The notes below the pieces were generated by a model. That model ran no database searches, had not been told where the DNA came from, and worked only from the letters and a program-made list of their open reading frames with translations. From positions 1 through 16,557 of the forward strand of contig JBHLNT010000087.1 of the NCBI GenBank assembly GCA_048941265.1: DNA of 16,557 nucleotides. The letters run 5' to 3'. Of the stretch, positions 6,939 through 15,019 are shown one piece after another. The stretch comes from Promethearchaeota archaeon. GTDB lineage: Archaea; Asgardarchaeota; Lokiarchaeia; Sigyniarchaeales; SOKP01. The position numbers and the translations under genes were made by a program. Positions within the stretch are counted from its first letter, which is position 1. Every line of letters begins with the position of its first letter.

Positions 6939-8252
6939 ATGTCAAGGGACATTTTGCTAGATATGAAAAATGGCAATATAAGTAAAGCTGAAGCAAGTGA
7001 ACTTTTAATATCGCTCATTGAAAATAGTGAAGATATTGATTTTCGAATAAAGTGTTTAAAAAATCTAGCCAAAATTGATTTTAATATGAAAGAGACATTT
7101 AAGGTGCTTGAAGATTGTTTAATTTCCGATGAGAACTTGTCAATAAGAGCGACTGCAGCTGATATTTTGATAAAGGAATTTTTAAATGAAGCTCGTGTCG
7201 CATTAGATTGGACGATCGAAAATGAGGAATCAGTGTTGGTTTTAACTTCAATATTCAAAGGTCTTAAAGAAAAAAATGATAAGCTATCAGAAAATTTAAA
7301 AAATGAGATAATCAAGAAATTTTCTGAAATTTATGATGTGGTATTAGAAGAAGCTAATTTTATTTTAGAGTTGTATTCCCTAGCTATAGAAAATGTCGAA
7401 GAAATCAGAAATTTTGCTAACACTCATAGATTTGATGGTGGTCCTTTTCAAATCCCAAAATTTTACAATTATTTCCTGACACCCCGATTAGAAATCAAAG
7501 AGAAACATATAATTTCCCTTGATCTTTTTTTTTGGAAATTAAAAGAATTGCCTAAATCCATCGGTTCACTTTCTAAACTAAAATATTTAACATTAGGAAG
7601 TGAAAATTTACAAATAATCCCGGATTCTTTCAATTCCCTTAAAGAACTTAAATGGGTAGAATTAAGTAGCATTCCTGAATTCGACACCATACCTAACTGG
7701 ATTTTATATATAGCTAAAAAATGTTATGCTAAAGGTTATATTAAGGATGGTGTATATGAAGGTGAGGCCGCTATATTAGGGCTTTTTGATATATTAATTG
7801 GACATGAACTTTTTAGGCTTGATAAATATAGAGATGTTCAAAATAATTCCCATATATGTGCTTATAAGCTAAATCAAAATGGAAATATCTCTGAAATCTT
7901 TCTTTCTAATCCAAATAAATTTAAATTATACCTAATACCAGAACAAATTTTGAGTCTTGATTCTCTTGAGATACTTGATTTGAACAATAATAATATTACA
8001 AAAATACCCAATTCGATAGGGGGCCTTAATAATCTTAAGTATTTGGATCTAAGCAACAACAATATCGAAGGCCTTCCAAATTCTATTGGTTCGCTTAAAT
8101 CATTGGAGTATTTAAATATAAGAGGAAATTATATTAAAGAGCTCCCTAATTCATTTAAAGAATTAATCTCATTAAAAAGATTAATGTTAGATGATAATCT
8201 TATTAGAATGTTACCTCAATTTTTAAAATCAGTTATTAAAAGCGCAATTTAG
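6939..8252 (+). CDS. HEAT-like repeat plus leucine-rich repeat protein
   Basis: N-terminal HEAT-like units (EDIDFRIKCLKNLAKI, LISDENLSIRATAADIL); two blocks of 23-residue LRRs of the form IxxLPNSIGxLxxLxYLDLxNN. Confidence 0.9.
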   Translation: MSRDILLDMKNGNISKAEASELLISLIENSEDIDFRIKCLKNLAKIDFNMKETFKVLEDCLISDENLSIRATAADILIKEFLNEARVALDWTIENEESVLVLTSIFKGLKEKNDKLSENLKNEIIKKFSEIYDVVLEEANFILELYSLAIENVEEIRNFANTHRFDGGPFQIPKFYNYFLTPRLEIKEKHIISLDLFFWKLKELPKSIGSLSKLKYLTLGSENLQIIPDSFNSLKELKWVELSSIPEFDTIPNWILYIAKKCYAKGYIKDGVYEGEAAILGLFDILIGHELFRLDKYRDVQNNSHICAYKLNQNGNISEIFLSNPNKFKLYLIPEQILSLDSLEILDLNNNNITKIPNSIGGLNNLKYLDLSNNNIEGLPNSIGSLKSLEYLNIRGNYIKELPNSFKELISLKRLMLDDNLIRMLPQFLKSVIKSAI

Positions 8253-8279
8253 ATTATTATATTTTTTAAGCTTAAGTAA

Positions 8280-8732
8280 TTATTCTCTTCTCCGATTTTC
8301 AATAGACTCGAAATACTCAAGAATTGATTCTTTTATTTCAACCGCAGGATATATTAAACGTGATTTGGAAACATATTCAACCGCATCGTTCCATGTCCAA
8401 TTATGATGTTCTTTTAATAACCATGCTACAATTATACCCCCACTTCTCGAAACTCCACGCGCACAGTGGACTAAAACTTTGCCATGTTTGATATGATAAT
8501 CTATAAACTCAAAAATCTCTCTTAAGTACTCATGTGGCACATACCAATCATCCACAAATCCTTTATATAAGTAAGCAAATCCCTGAGGGCGGGGATCATA
8601 CACACTATCTTCCATAACGTTAACGATTGCAGTAATTCCTTTTTCTTTTAATTTTTGAAAATCTAATTTGGGCCAGTAACCTCCAATGTATAAGTTTTTA
8701 TGAACCTCAAATATATAATTCAATTCTGACAT
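8280..8732 (-). CDS. Dual-specificity protein phosphatase (atypical DSP)
   Basis: NLYIGG, LKEKGITAIVNV, general-acid loop FVDD, catalytic CX5R motif VLVHCARGVSRS, and AVEYVSKSRLIYP. Confidence 0.93.
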   Translation of the reverse strand: MSELNYIFEVHKNLYIGGYWPKLDFQKLKEKGITAIVNVMEDSVYDPRPQGFAYLYKGFVDDWYVPHEYLREIFEFIDYHIKHGKVLVHCARGVSRSGGIIVAWLLKEHHNWTWNDAVEYVSKSRLIYPAVEIKESILEYFESIENRRRE

Positions 8733-8912
8733 ACTAAAATATTAAGCATAGAAAATAAGTTAGTTTAGTCAATTAAGCAATTTATCTAAATTTTTGGGAA
8801 CTATATCTATAAGAAAAATTGAAAGATAATGATATAATTTTAATTAAGAACTGTATTGTTTCTGATGCAATAAATAACTTATATGTTTAAACTCATTCGA
8901 GATATTTCACAG

Positions 8913-8928
8913 AATTGATTAGTCAATT
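8913..8928. promoter_or_regulatory. Near-perfect palindrome, candidate repressor operator
   Basis: AATTGATTAGTCAATT (one mismatched pair); its right 10 bp TTAGTCAATT recur at 8765-8774 in the same divergent intergenic region. Confidence 0.5.
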
Positions 8929-8986
8929 TTATTTAATAAAAAATTAAATAATTTTTAAGAGAAAAGAAAAAAGGTTGATAGAAAAA

Positions 8987-10216
8987 ATGAAAGTCTTAGC
9001 ATTAGGAGGGGCGGGTGATATGGGGAGAATGGCTATAGCAATATTACTAGATTCTCCCAGCGTTACTTCCATAACAGTGGCAGATATTAATTCTGAACTG
9101 CTCAATACATTTGTAGAAATGGTTGATTCACCTAAATTATCAGCTATTCAAATAGATATTACTGAAGCGGAGAAAATAATTGATTTAATATCCTCTCACG
9201 ATATTGTAATTAACACAGTCGGACCATTTTATAAATTTGAGATCCCCATTATGGAAGCCGTGATTGCAGCTAAAAAACCGTTTCTGGACATTTGCGACGA
9301 TTGGAAACCAACTTTAGATGCTCTTGAATTTAATGATAAAGCAAAGGAAGCGGAAATTACTGCAATTATTGGAATTGGGGCTAGTCCTGGTGTAACAAAC
9401 GTTATGGGGGTTTATGCATGCTCTAAGTTAGATGAAATAGATGAATTAATTACCGCTTGGGGTATGAATATTGATATTAAGGCAGGAAAAAAGCCAAAAT
9501 ATTACATTAAACCGGAAAAATTAAGAAGAAAACTTGAAAAATCTGAAAGAAAGCCAAATGCGGCATTAATACATCTTCTATTTGAAACTATCGAAAAAAT
9601 ACCGACATTCAAAGATGGTAAAATGATCGAAATTGAGCCGCTTACTGAAGTCGAACCATTTGATTTTCCGGGTTTTAAAAGTATGTATGCTTGCAATATT
9701 GGTCACCCTGAGCCCATAACTCTGCCAAGAACAATAAAAGTGAAATCCGTTTCAAATGTGATGTACATTGGAGAAACCGCAACAGAAATTACTCGTAAAT
9801 ACAGCCAAAAAGTAAAAGATAAGGAACTTACTATTGAAGATGCGACTCTGGCTCTGGGAAAGGAATTAGCTGATCTAACCAAGAGAGCCTTTAAAGATAA
9901 AGCAATATTAGAGCAATATGTTGGTGGACCGCCAACTTTATCAGTAATTGCGAGAGGTATCAAAGATGGAAAGCGAAAAAAAGTAGCTGTTGGGCTTGAT
10001 CGTGAACCTTTTGGTGAAATGGCAGGTGTTACTAGTGTTCCACTAGGAATTGCAACAATTATGTTGTTAGAAGGAAAAATAGTTCAAAAAGGAGTATTAA
10101 CTCCCGAAGAAGCATTCAAGGATAATCCCATGGAATTCTTCGACAGAATTGCGCCATATTGTGGAAAGAATTTAAAAGGTAAAGATATTTTGATTGAAAG
10201 AGAAGTAAATATTTAA
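8987..10216 (+). CDS. Saccharopine dehydrogenase-like NAD(P)-dependent oxidoreductase
   Basis: Rossmann MKVLALGGAGDMG, VADIN, INTVGPFY, DICDDW, GIGASPGVTN, GHPEP, GVLTPE. ATG 8987 (after SD-like AGGTTGA) is preferred over TTG 8975. Confidence 0.88.
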   Translation: MKVLALGGAGDMGRMAIAILLDSPSVTSITVADINSELLNTFVEMVDSPKLSAIQIDITEAEKIIDLISSHDIVINTVGPFYKFEIPIMEAVIAAKKPFLDICDDWKPTLDALEFNDKAKEAEITAIIGIGASPGVTNVMGVYACSKLDEIDELITAWGMNIDIKAGKKPKYYIKPEKLRRKLEKSERKPNAALIHLLFETIEKIPTFKDGKMIEIEPLTEVEPFDFPGFKSMYACNIGHPEPITLPRTIKVKSVSNVMYIGETATEITRKYSQKVKDKELTIEDATLALGKELADLTKRAFKDKAILEQYVGGPPTLSVIARGIKDGKRKKVAVGLDREPFGEMAGVTSVPLGIATIMLLEGKIVQKGVLTPEEAFKDNPMEFFDRIAPYCGKNLKGKDILIEREVNI

Positions 10217-10219
10217 AGC

Positions 10220-10267
10220 ATTTTTTTAATTAATTGTTTTTTTCTAAAATCTCATTTCTTTTTCTTT
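10220..10267 (+). terminator. Oligo-T tracts, probable archaeal terminator
   Basis: Several T runs directly after the stop at 10216. Confidence 0.4.
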
Positions 10268-10381
10268 AATCAAGATAATATTGAATTTGAAATTTTTTAA
10301 AATTAGTAAATCATTAAATCAAAAAAGCATTAAAAGAAATTTGAAATTTATTTTCAAAAAAAACCATGAGGATATAAAATA

Positions 10382-11170
10382 ATGAGTCCAAATTATGAAA
10401 CAGTACTGTACGATAAAAAAGAAAAAGTAGCTGTTATTACGTTAAATCGTCCCGAAAAAATGAATGCAATAAATCTACAAATGAATAAGGATTTGAAATC
10501 TGCTTTAAAAGAAGCTAAAAATGATAATGATGTAAGAGCTATTGTAATAACTGGAGCTGGTAAAGCATTTTGTGCTGGAGGGGATGTAGCCGAATTTGCA
10601 AGTGGTGAATTTGCAAGTGGTTCAAAAGGACAAGCAGAAAAATTTTTAATTCATCCATATGATTTATACAAATTATATAAACCAATCATAGCTGCTGTTA
10701 ACGGCGTTGCTGTGGGCTTTGGAACAAATTTAACACTCTGCTGCGATATAACATTTGCATCAGATAGGGCCAGTTTTGGCGAATTTTTTATAAGAATGGG
10801 GATAATTCCCGATATGAACGGAAGTTTAACATTACCTTTGACGGTTGGAATTCATAAAGCGAAGGAGCTTATCTTTAGTGGGGAAAGGATATATGCCGAA
10901 GAAGCTTTACGTATTGGATTGGTTAATAGGGTTTTCCCACATGATGAATTAATGCCGAAGACTATGGAATTCGCAAATAATTTAGCTGAAAAAGCGCCGC
11001 TTGGGATCTCGTTTTCTAAACAAGCAATCCAAAAAGGTTATGAAACAATTTTTGAAAAGATGTTAGAGATTGAAACAGAATATAATGCAAAATTGTATGC
11101 CACTGAAGATCATAAAGAGGCAGCTATAGCATGGGTCGAAAGACGTAAGCCGATATTTAAGGGGAGATAA
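10382..11170 (+). CDS. Crotonase-superfamily enoyl-CoA hydratase/isomerase, PaaG-like subtype
   Basis: ITLNRPEKMNA, AFCAGGD, KPIIAAVNGVAVGFG, MGIIPD, AEEALRIGLVN, ERRKPIFKGR; SD GAGGA at 10368-10372. Confidence 0.92.
   Translation: MSPNYETVLYDKKEKVAVITLNRPEKMNAINLQMNKDLKSALKEAKNDNDVRAIVITGAGKAFCAGGDVAEFASGEFASGSKGQAEKFLIHPYDLYKLYKPIIAAVNGVAVGFGTNLTLCCDITFASDRASFGEFFIRMGIIPDMNGSLTLPLTVGIHKAKELIFSGERIYAEEALRIGLVNRVFPHDELMPKTMEFANNLAEKAPLGISFSKQAIQKGYETIFEKMLEIETEYNAKLYATEDHKEAAIAWVERRKPIFKGR
10592..10621 (+). repeat. Perfect in-frame 15-bp tandem duplication
   Basis: GAATTTGCAAGTGGT twice, encoding EFASG-EFASG. Confidence 0.9.
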
Positions 11171-11258
11171 TTAAATATTAATTCTAAAAATTATAAATTC
11201 AATTAAAAATTTAGAATAACGAACAAATTTTTATTAATACTTAAGGAGGATAGAAATT

Positions 11259-13274
11259 ATGAAATTTGTAAAATTATTTGAACCACTAATGATTAAAGAT
11301 GTAGAAATCCGCAACCGTTTCGTTTTACCCGCAATGGCTTTAAATTTTACTCCGACAGGATTTATATCCGATAAATTTAGCAATTTTTATGCTGAAAGAG
11401 CTAAAGGAGGAGTTGGTTTAATAATAATAGGGGGGTGTCAGATTGAAGCTAGAGGTGCGGCACTGGGTTTCGTAGCTATTGATGATGATAAATATTTACC
11501 AGAATTAACTAAATTTGCTACAAGAATTCATGAACATGGTGCAAAACTAGTGGCCCAATTATATCATGCCGGGGCCTATGCTATTTCTCCAGATGCCGTA
11601 TCATCTTCGGCAATACGCTCGAATTTAACAAAGATGATGCCTAAAGAATTGACAATCGATGAAATAAAAATTGTTCAAGAGAGCCATGCTAAAGCAGCAG
11701 AACGCGTGAGAGAAGCTGGATTTGACGGTGTTGAGTTGCTCGGAAGTGCGGGCTATCTCATTAATCAATTTTTAAGCCCTAAAACCAATATAAGAACTGA
11801 TGAGTATGGAGGTTCCCTAGAAAATCGACTTCGGTATCCACTTGAGCTCATAAAATTGGTTAAAGAAAGAGTCGGTAAAGATATGTTGGTGGGAATTAGG
11901 ATAGCAGGGGATGATTTTGTTCCTGGATCTAATACATACAAAGAAAGCGCTGTCTTTGCAAAATATTATAATGAAGCAGGCATCGATTACATTAATGTAA
12001 CTGGAGGTTGGCACGAAACCAGAATTCCTCAAATTCCAATGATGGTACCTCAGGGAGCTTATGCATATCTGGCTGAAAATGTAAGAAATAATGTTAATGT
12101 TCCTGTTTTTTCTTCTAATCGAATTAATAGTCCCATTATTGCTGAACAAATACTAAGAGATGAAATGGCAGATGCAGTATGTATGGGGCGTGCTCTCATC
12201 GCAGATCCTTATTTACCTAATAAAACTAAAGAGAATAAACTTTGGGATATACGGAAGTGTGTGGGATGTAATCAAGGGTGTTTTGATCATATATTTGGAG
12301 GGAAAGGCGTTGAGTGCATGCGCAATTTTGAAGTATCCCGTGAAGGAAAATTCGACCTTAATAAGAAGACAGATAATCCTATGAAGGTTTTAATTGTCGG
12401 GAGCGGACCTGGAGGATTAGAGGCTGCTAGAGTCGCAAAAATATTAGGGCATGACGTAACTATTTTAGAAAAAAAAATTCAGATCGGTGGACAAGCTAAC
12501 TCATCGTGGGCTCCACCTGGGCGACATGACATTAAAGAAATTATAAATTATTATAAAGCTCAAATTGAGCATCTTAATATTGATTTGCAGCTTGGAGTGG
12601 AAGCGACACCTGGAATAATTCAAAAATTTAATCCTGATGCGGTCATATTTGCAACTGGAGTAAAATATACAATCCCTGAAATTCCAGGTATCGATGGAAG
12701 TCTCGGTAGCACAATTTATTCAGCAGAAGAAATTCTTTCAGGAGATATTCCTGTTGGAAAGAATATTGTTGTAGTTGGTGGATCGGGAACAGGTATGGAA
12801 ACTGCAATATGGGCAGCAGAATTAGGGGCTTTAAATTCAGAAGTTGCCCGTTTTATAAGCCTTTATGAATTAATGCCTCGAGAGGAAATCTATAATAGGT
12901 GGTTGAAAGGTAATAGGAATGTTACATTGATTGAAATGCTTCCTAAATTAGGTTTAAACGTCGGAAGAACGACTAGAGGTTTTTTAATAGGCCATATGAT
13001 GAAATTGGGAATTAATATAATCACTAATGCAAATATCACAAAATTTGAGGGAAAAATAATAAATTATGACCATGCAGGTGAATCAAAAACATTAGAGGGT
13101 ATTGATACGGTTATTCTAGCAACTGGAGTTAAACCAAACACCGATCTCCATGATAAGGTTAAAGAGTCTAATCCTTCATTCAAAATCTTTAAAATAGGCG
13201 ACTGTAAAAAAGCAAGAACTATGATGGAAGCAATTCATGAAGGATTCAAAACAGCTTATAATCTAGATAAATAA
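11259..13274 (+). CDS. fadH: 2,4-dienoyl-CoA reductase (FMN barrel, 4Fe-4S, FAD/NADPH domains)
   Basis: Old-yellow-enzyme barrel with FadH-type GVELLGSAGYLINQF (Tyr) and GWHETRIP (His); CVGCNQGC...C cluster motif; VGSGPGG and VVGGSGTG nucleotide-binding motifs; SD AGGAGG at 11244-11249. Confidence 0.85.
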   Translation: MKFVKLFEPLMIKDVEIRNRFVLPAMALNFTPTGFISDKFSNFYAERAKGGVGLIIIGGCQIEARGAALGFVAIDDDKYLPELTKFATRIHEHGAKLVAQLYHAGAYAISPDAVSSSAIRSNLTKMMPKELTIDEIKIVQESHAKAAERVREAGFDGVELLGSAGYLINQFLSPKTNIRTDEYGGSLENRLRYPLELIKLVKERVGKDMLVGIRIAGDDFVPGSNTYKESAVFAKYYNEAGIDYINVTGGWHETRIPQIPMMVPQGAYAYLAENVRNNVNVPVFSSNRINSPIIAEQILRDEMADAVCMGRALIADPYLPNKTKENKLWDIRKCVGCNQGCFDHIFGGKGVECMRNFEVSREGKFDLNKKTDNPMKVLIVGSGPGGLEAARVAKILGHDVTILEKKIQIGGQANSSWAPPGRHDIKEIINYYKAQIEHLNIDLQLGVEATPGIIQKFNPDAVIFATGVKYTIPEIPGIDGSLGSTIYSAEEILSGDIPVGKNIVVVGGSGTGMETAIWAAELGALNSEVARFISLYELMPREEIYNRWLKGNRNVTLIEMLPKLGLNVGRTTRGFLIGHMMKLGINIITNANITKFEGKIINYDHAGESKTLEGIDTVILATGVKPNTDLHDKVKESNPSFKIFKIGDCKKARTMMEAIHEGFKTAYNLDK

Positions 13275-13290
13275 AAATTAATCTGATTTC

Positions 13291-13309
13291 TATTTTTCTT
13301 TTTTTATTT
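13291..13309 (+). terminator. Oligo-T tract, probable terminator after fadH
   Basis: TATTTTTCTTTTTTTATTT starts 16 nt after the stop. Confidence 0.45.
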
Positions 13310-13405
13310 AGTAAAGGTTTGTAAATTTCAATTCAAAGTACTTTTAGTAAAGAAAATATTCATATAGCTAAAAATAAACAAATAATTAATTAGGGGATCT
13401 TAATT

Positions 13406-14236
13406 ATGACTAAAGTTAAAATATCTGCTGTTCAATATAAATATAAACGAATTGATAGCTTTGATGATTTTGTCTCAAATGTAGAAGATCTAGTGAATCA
13501 AGCTAAAGGTTCGGATTTCGTGGTTTTTCCTGAAGCCTTGACTCTTGAATTACAGTATATTATTCCCAACCATGAAATAAATAAGATATCTGAATATGAA
13601 AATCAATATATTGATTTATTTACTAATTTGGCAAAAGAAAAAAATCAATTTATCATCGGAGGTTCACATATGACTGTGGTAGATGAAAAATTGTATAATA
13701 TTGGACATTTATTCTGCCCGGATGGTCGAATTTTTAAACATAGTAAAACACATTTAATGCCAGTAGAAGTTAAAATGGGCTTTACTCATGGCACTAAACT
13801 TGAAATTTTCGAAACGGAAAAAGCAAGAATAGCATTAGGTATTTGTTACGAGATGGAATTTCCTGAAGTTGCGAGAACTTTAACATTAAAAGGCGCTGAA
13901 ATTATATTTACACCGTCATATACTTTAGGTGAGCATGGTTTTTGGCGTGTAAGGCACAGCTGCCAAGCAAGAGCGATTGAAAATCAAATATATGTGGTTC
14001 ACTCATGTTTGGTTGGAACACCTCTAAATGTGGAAATGATGGCTGGATATGGAAGAACTTCAATTCTTAGCCCTTGTGAAGAACCTTGGGCGCCAAACGG
14101 AGTTGTAGCTGAGGCAGAAACAAACGAGGAAATGGTAATTACGGGAGAAGTAGATATAAAACTGCTTCATAAGAAAAGAAAACGTGGTATCGCTACGACA
14201 TTAAATGGGCGACGCCCAGAGATATATGAGCTGTAA
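13406..14236 (+). CDS. Carbon-nitrogen hydrolase (nitrilase superfamily amidohydrolase)
   Basis: E-K-C triad in VVFPE, HSKTHL and GICYEMEFPE; also QARAIENQIYV and C-terminal RRPEIY. Confidence 0.93.
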   Translation: MTKVKISAVQYKYKRIDSFDDFVSNVEDLVNQAKGSDFVVFPEALTLELQYIIPNHEINKISEYENQYIDLFTNLAKEKNQFIIGGSHMTVVDEKLYNIGHLFCPDGRIFKHSKTHLMPVEVKMGFTHGTKLEIFETEKARIALGICYEMEFPEVARTLTLKGAEIIFTPSYTLGEHGFWRVRHSCQARAIENQIYVVHSCLVGTPLNVEMMAGYGRTSILSPCEEPWAPNGVVAEAETNEEMVITGEVDIKLLHKKRKRGIATTLNGRRPEIYEL

Positions 14237-14272
14237 ATCAATTCTCATAACCTCCATTTTTATTAAAACATT

Positions 14273-14307
14273 TTAAAATTATAAGAATAAGGAATTAAAA
14301 TTATAAG
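14273..14307 (+). repeat. 13-bp direct repeat upstream of the transglutaminase-like gene
   Basis: TTAAAATTATAAG at 14273-14285 and 14295-14307 (22-bp period). Confidence 0.6.
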
Positions 14308-14357
14308 CTATCTATAAATGATCTATTTAAATATGAATACTCTTTAAGGTTTGAATT

Positions 14358-14990
14358 TTGGTAGATTTAAAACTTTATTTAAAACCAACCTTTTTTATTG
14401 ATTCCGATTCAAAAGAAATAACCGATTTAACTAACAAAATAACAAAAGATACTAACGACGTAAAAGAAAAGGCAAAATTAATTTTCTATTGGACAAGAGA
14501 TGAAATCCTTTATAATCCCTATGAAACCTTCACTTTTGAAAGAGAAGATTATAAAGCTTCGCATATAATTAAACAGATGAAAGGTTGGTGTGTCCAAAAA
14601 GCCTGTGTTTTAGCTGCACTTGCGAGGGCATTACAGATTCCTTCAAGATTACATTTTGCGGATATAAGGAATCATCAAGTCCCTGAAAAGCTTAAAAAGG
14701 CAATGAAAACTGATTTATTTGTATATCATGGATATACTGAATTATTTGTTGATGGATCTTGGTTGAAAGCAACGCCAGCATTTAATCTTAGCTTATGCGA
14801 AAAATTTAATTTAAAAACTGTTGAATTTGATGGAGTCCATGATGGGATGCTTCCTGAAAAAACCTTAGATGGTCAGAAATATATCGAATACAAAAAGGAT
14901 CGAGGAATAACTTCCGATTTTCCATTTGATCTACTTATGAAGACGATAAGAAAATATTATAAAACATTAGATTGGACTAATTATAAATGA
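14358..14990 (+). CDS. Transglutaminase-like superfamily protein
   Basis: YLKPTFFIDSD, RDEILYNPY, catalytic Cys in GWCVQKA, His in YHGYTEL, WLKATPAFN; TTG start after AAGGT. Confidence 0.88.
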   Translation: MVDLKLYLKPTFFIDSDSKEITDLTNKITKDTNDVKEKAKLIFYWTRDEILYNPYETFTFEREDYKASHIIKQMKGWCVQKACVLAALARALQIPSRLHFADIRNHQVPEKLKKAMKTDLFVYHGYTELFVDGSWLKATPAFNLSLCEKFNLKTVEFDGVHDGMLPEKTLDGQKYIEYKKDRGITSDFPFDLLMKTIRKYYKTLDWTNYK

Positions 14991-15019
14991 ATTTAAAGTA
15001 ATATGAAATTTTTGTGTTC

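Noticed and set aside
7930-8210. 69-bp periodic sequence resembling a repeat array or CRISPR
   Set aside because: Fully explained by degenerate LRR coding repeats; no identical repeats with unique spacers.
11181-11217. ATTCTAAA...TTTAGAAT inverted repeat between the crotonase and fadH
   Set aside because: Short AT-rich arms with a long loop; expected by chance.
14246-14255. Minus-strand GGAGGT followed by ATG after the C-N hydrolase
   Set aside because: SD-to-start spacing is only 1 nt and the resulting ORF is a short antisense frame.
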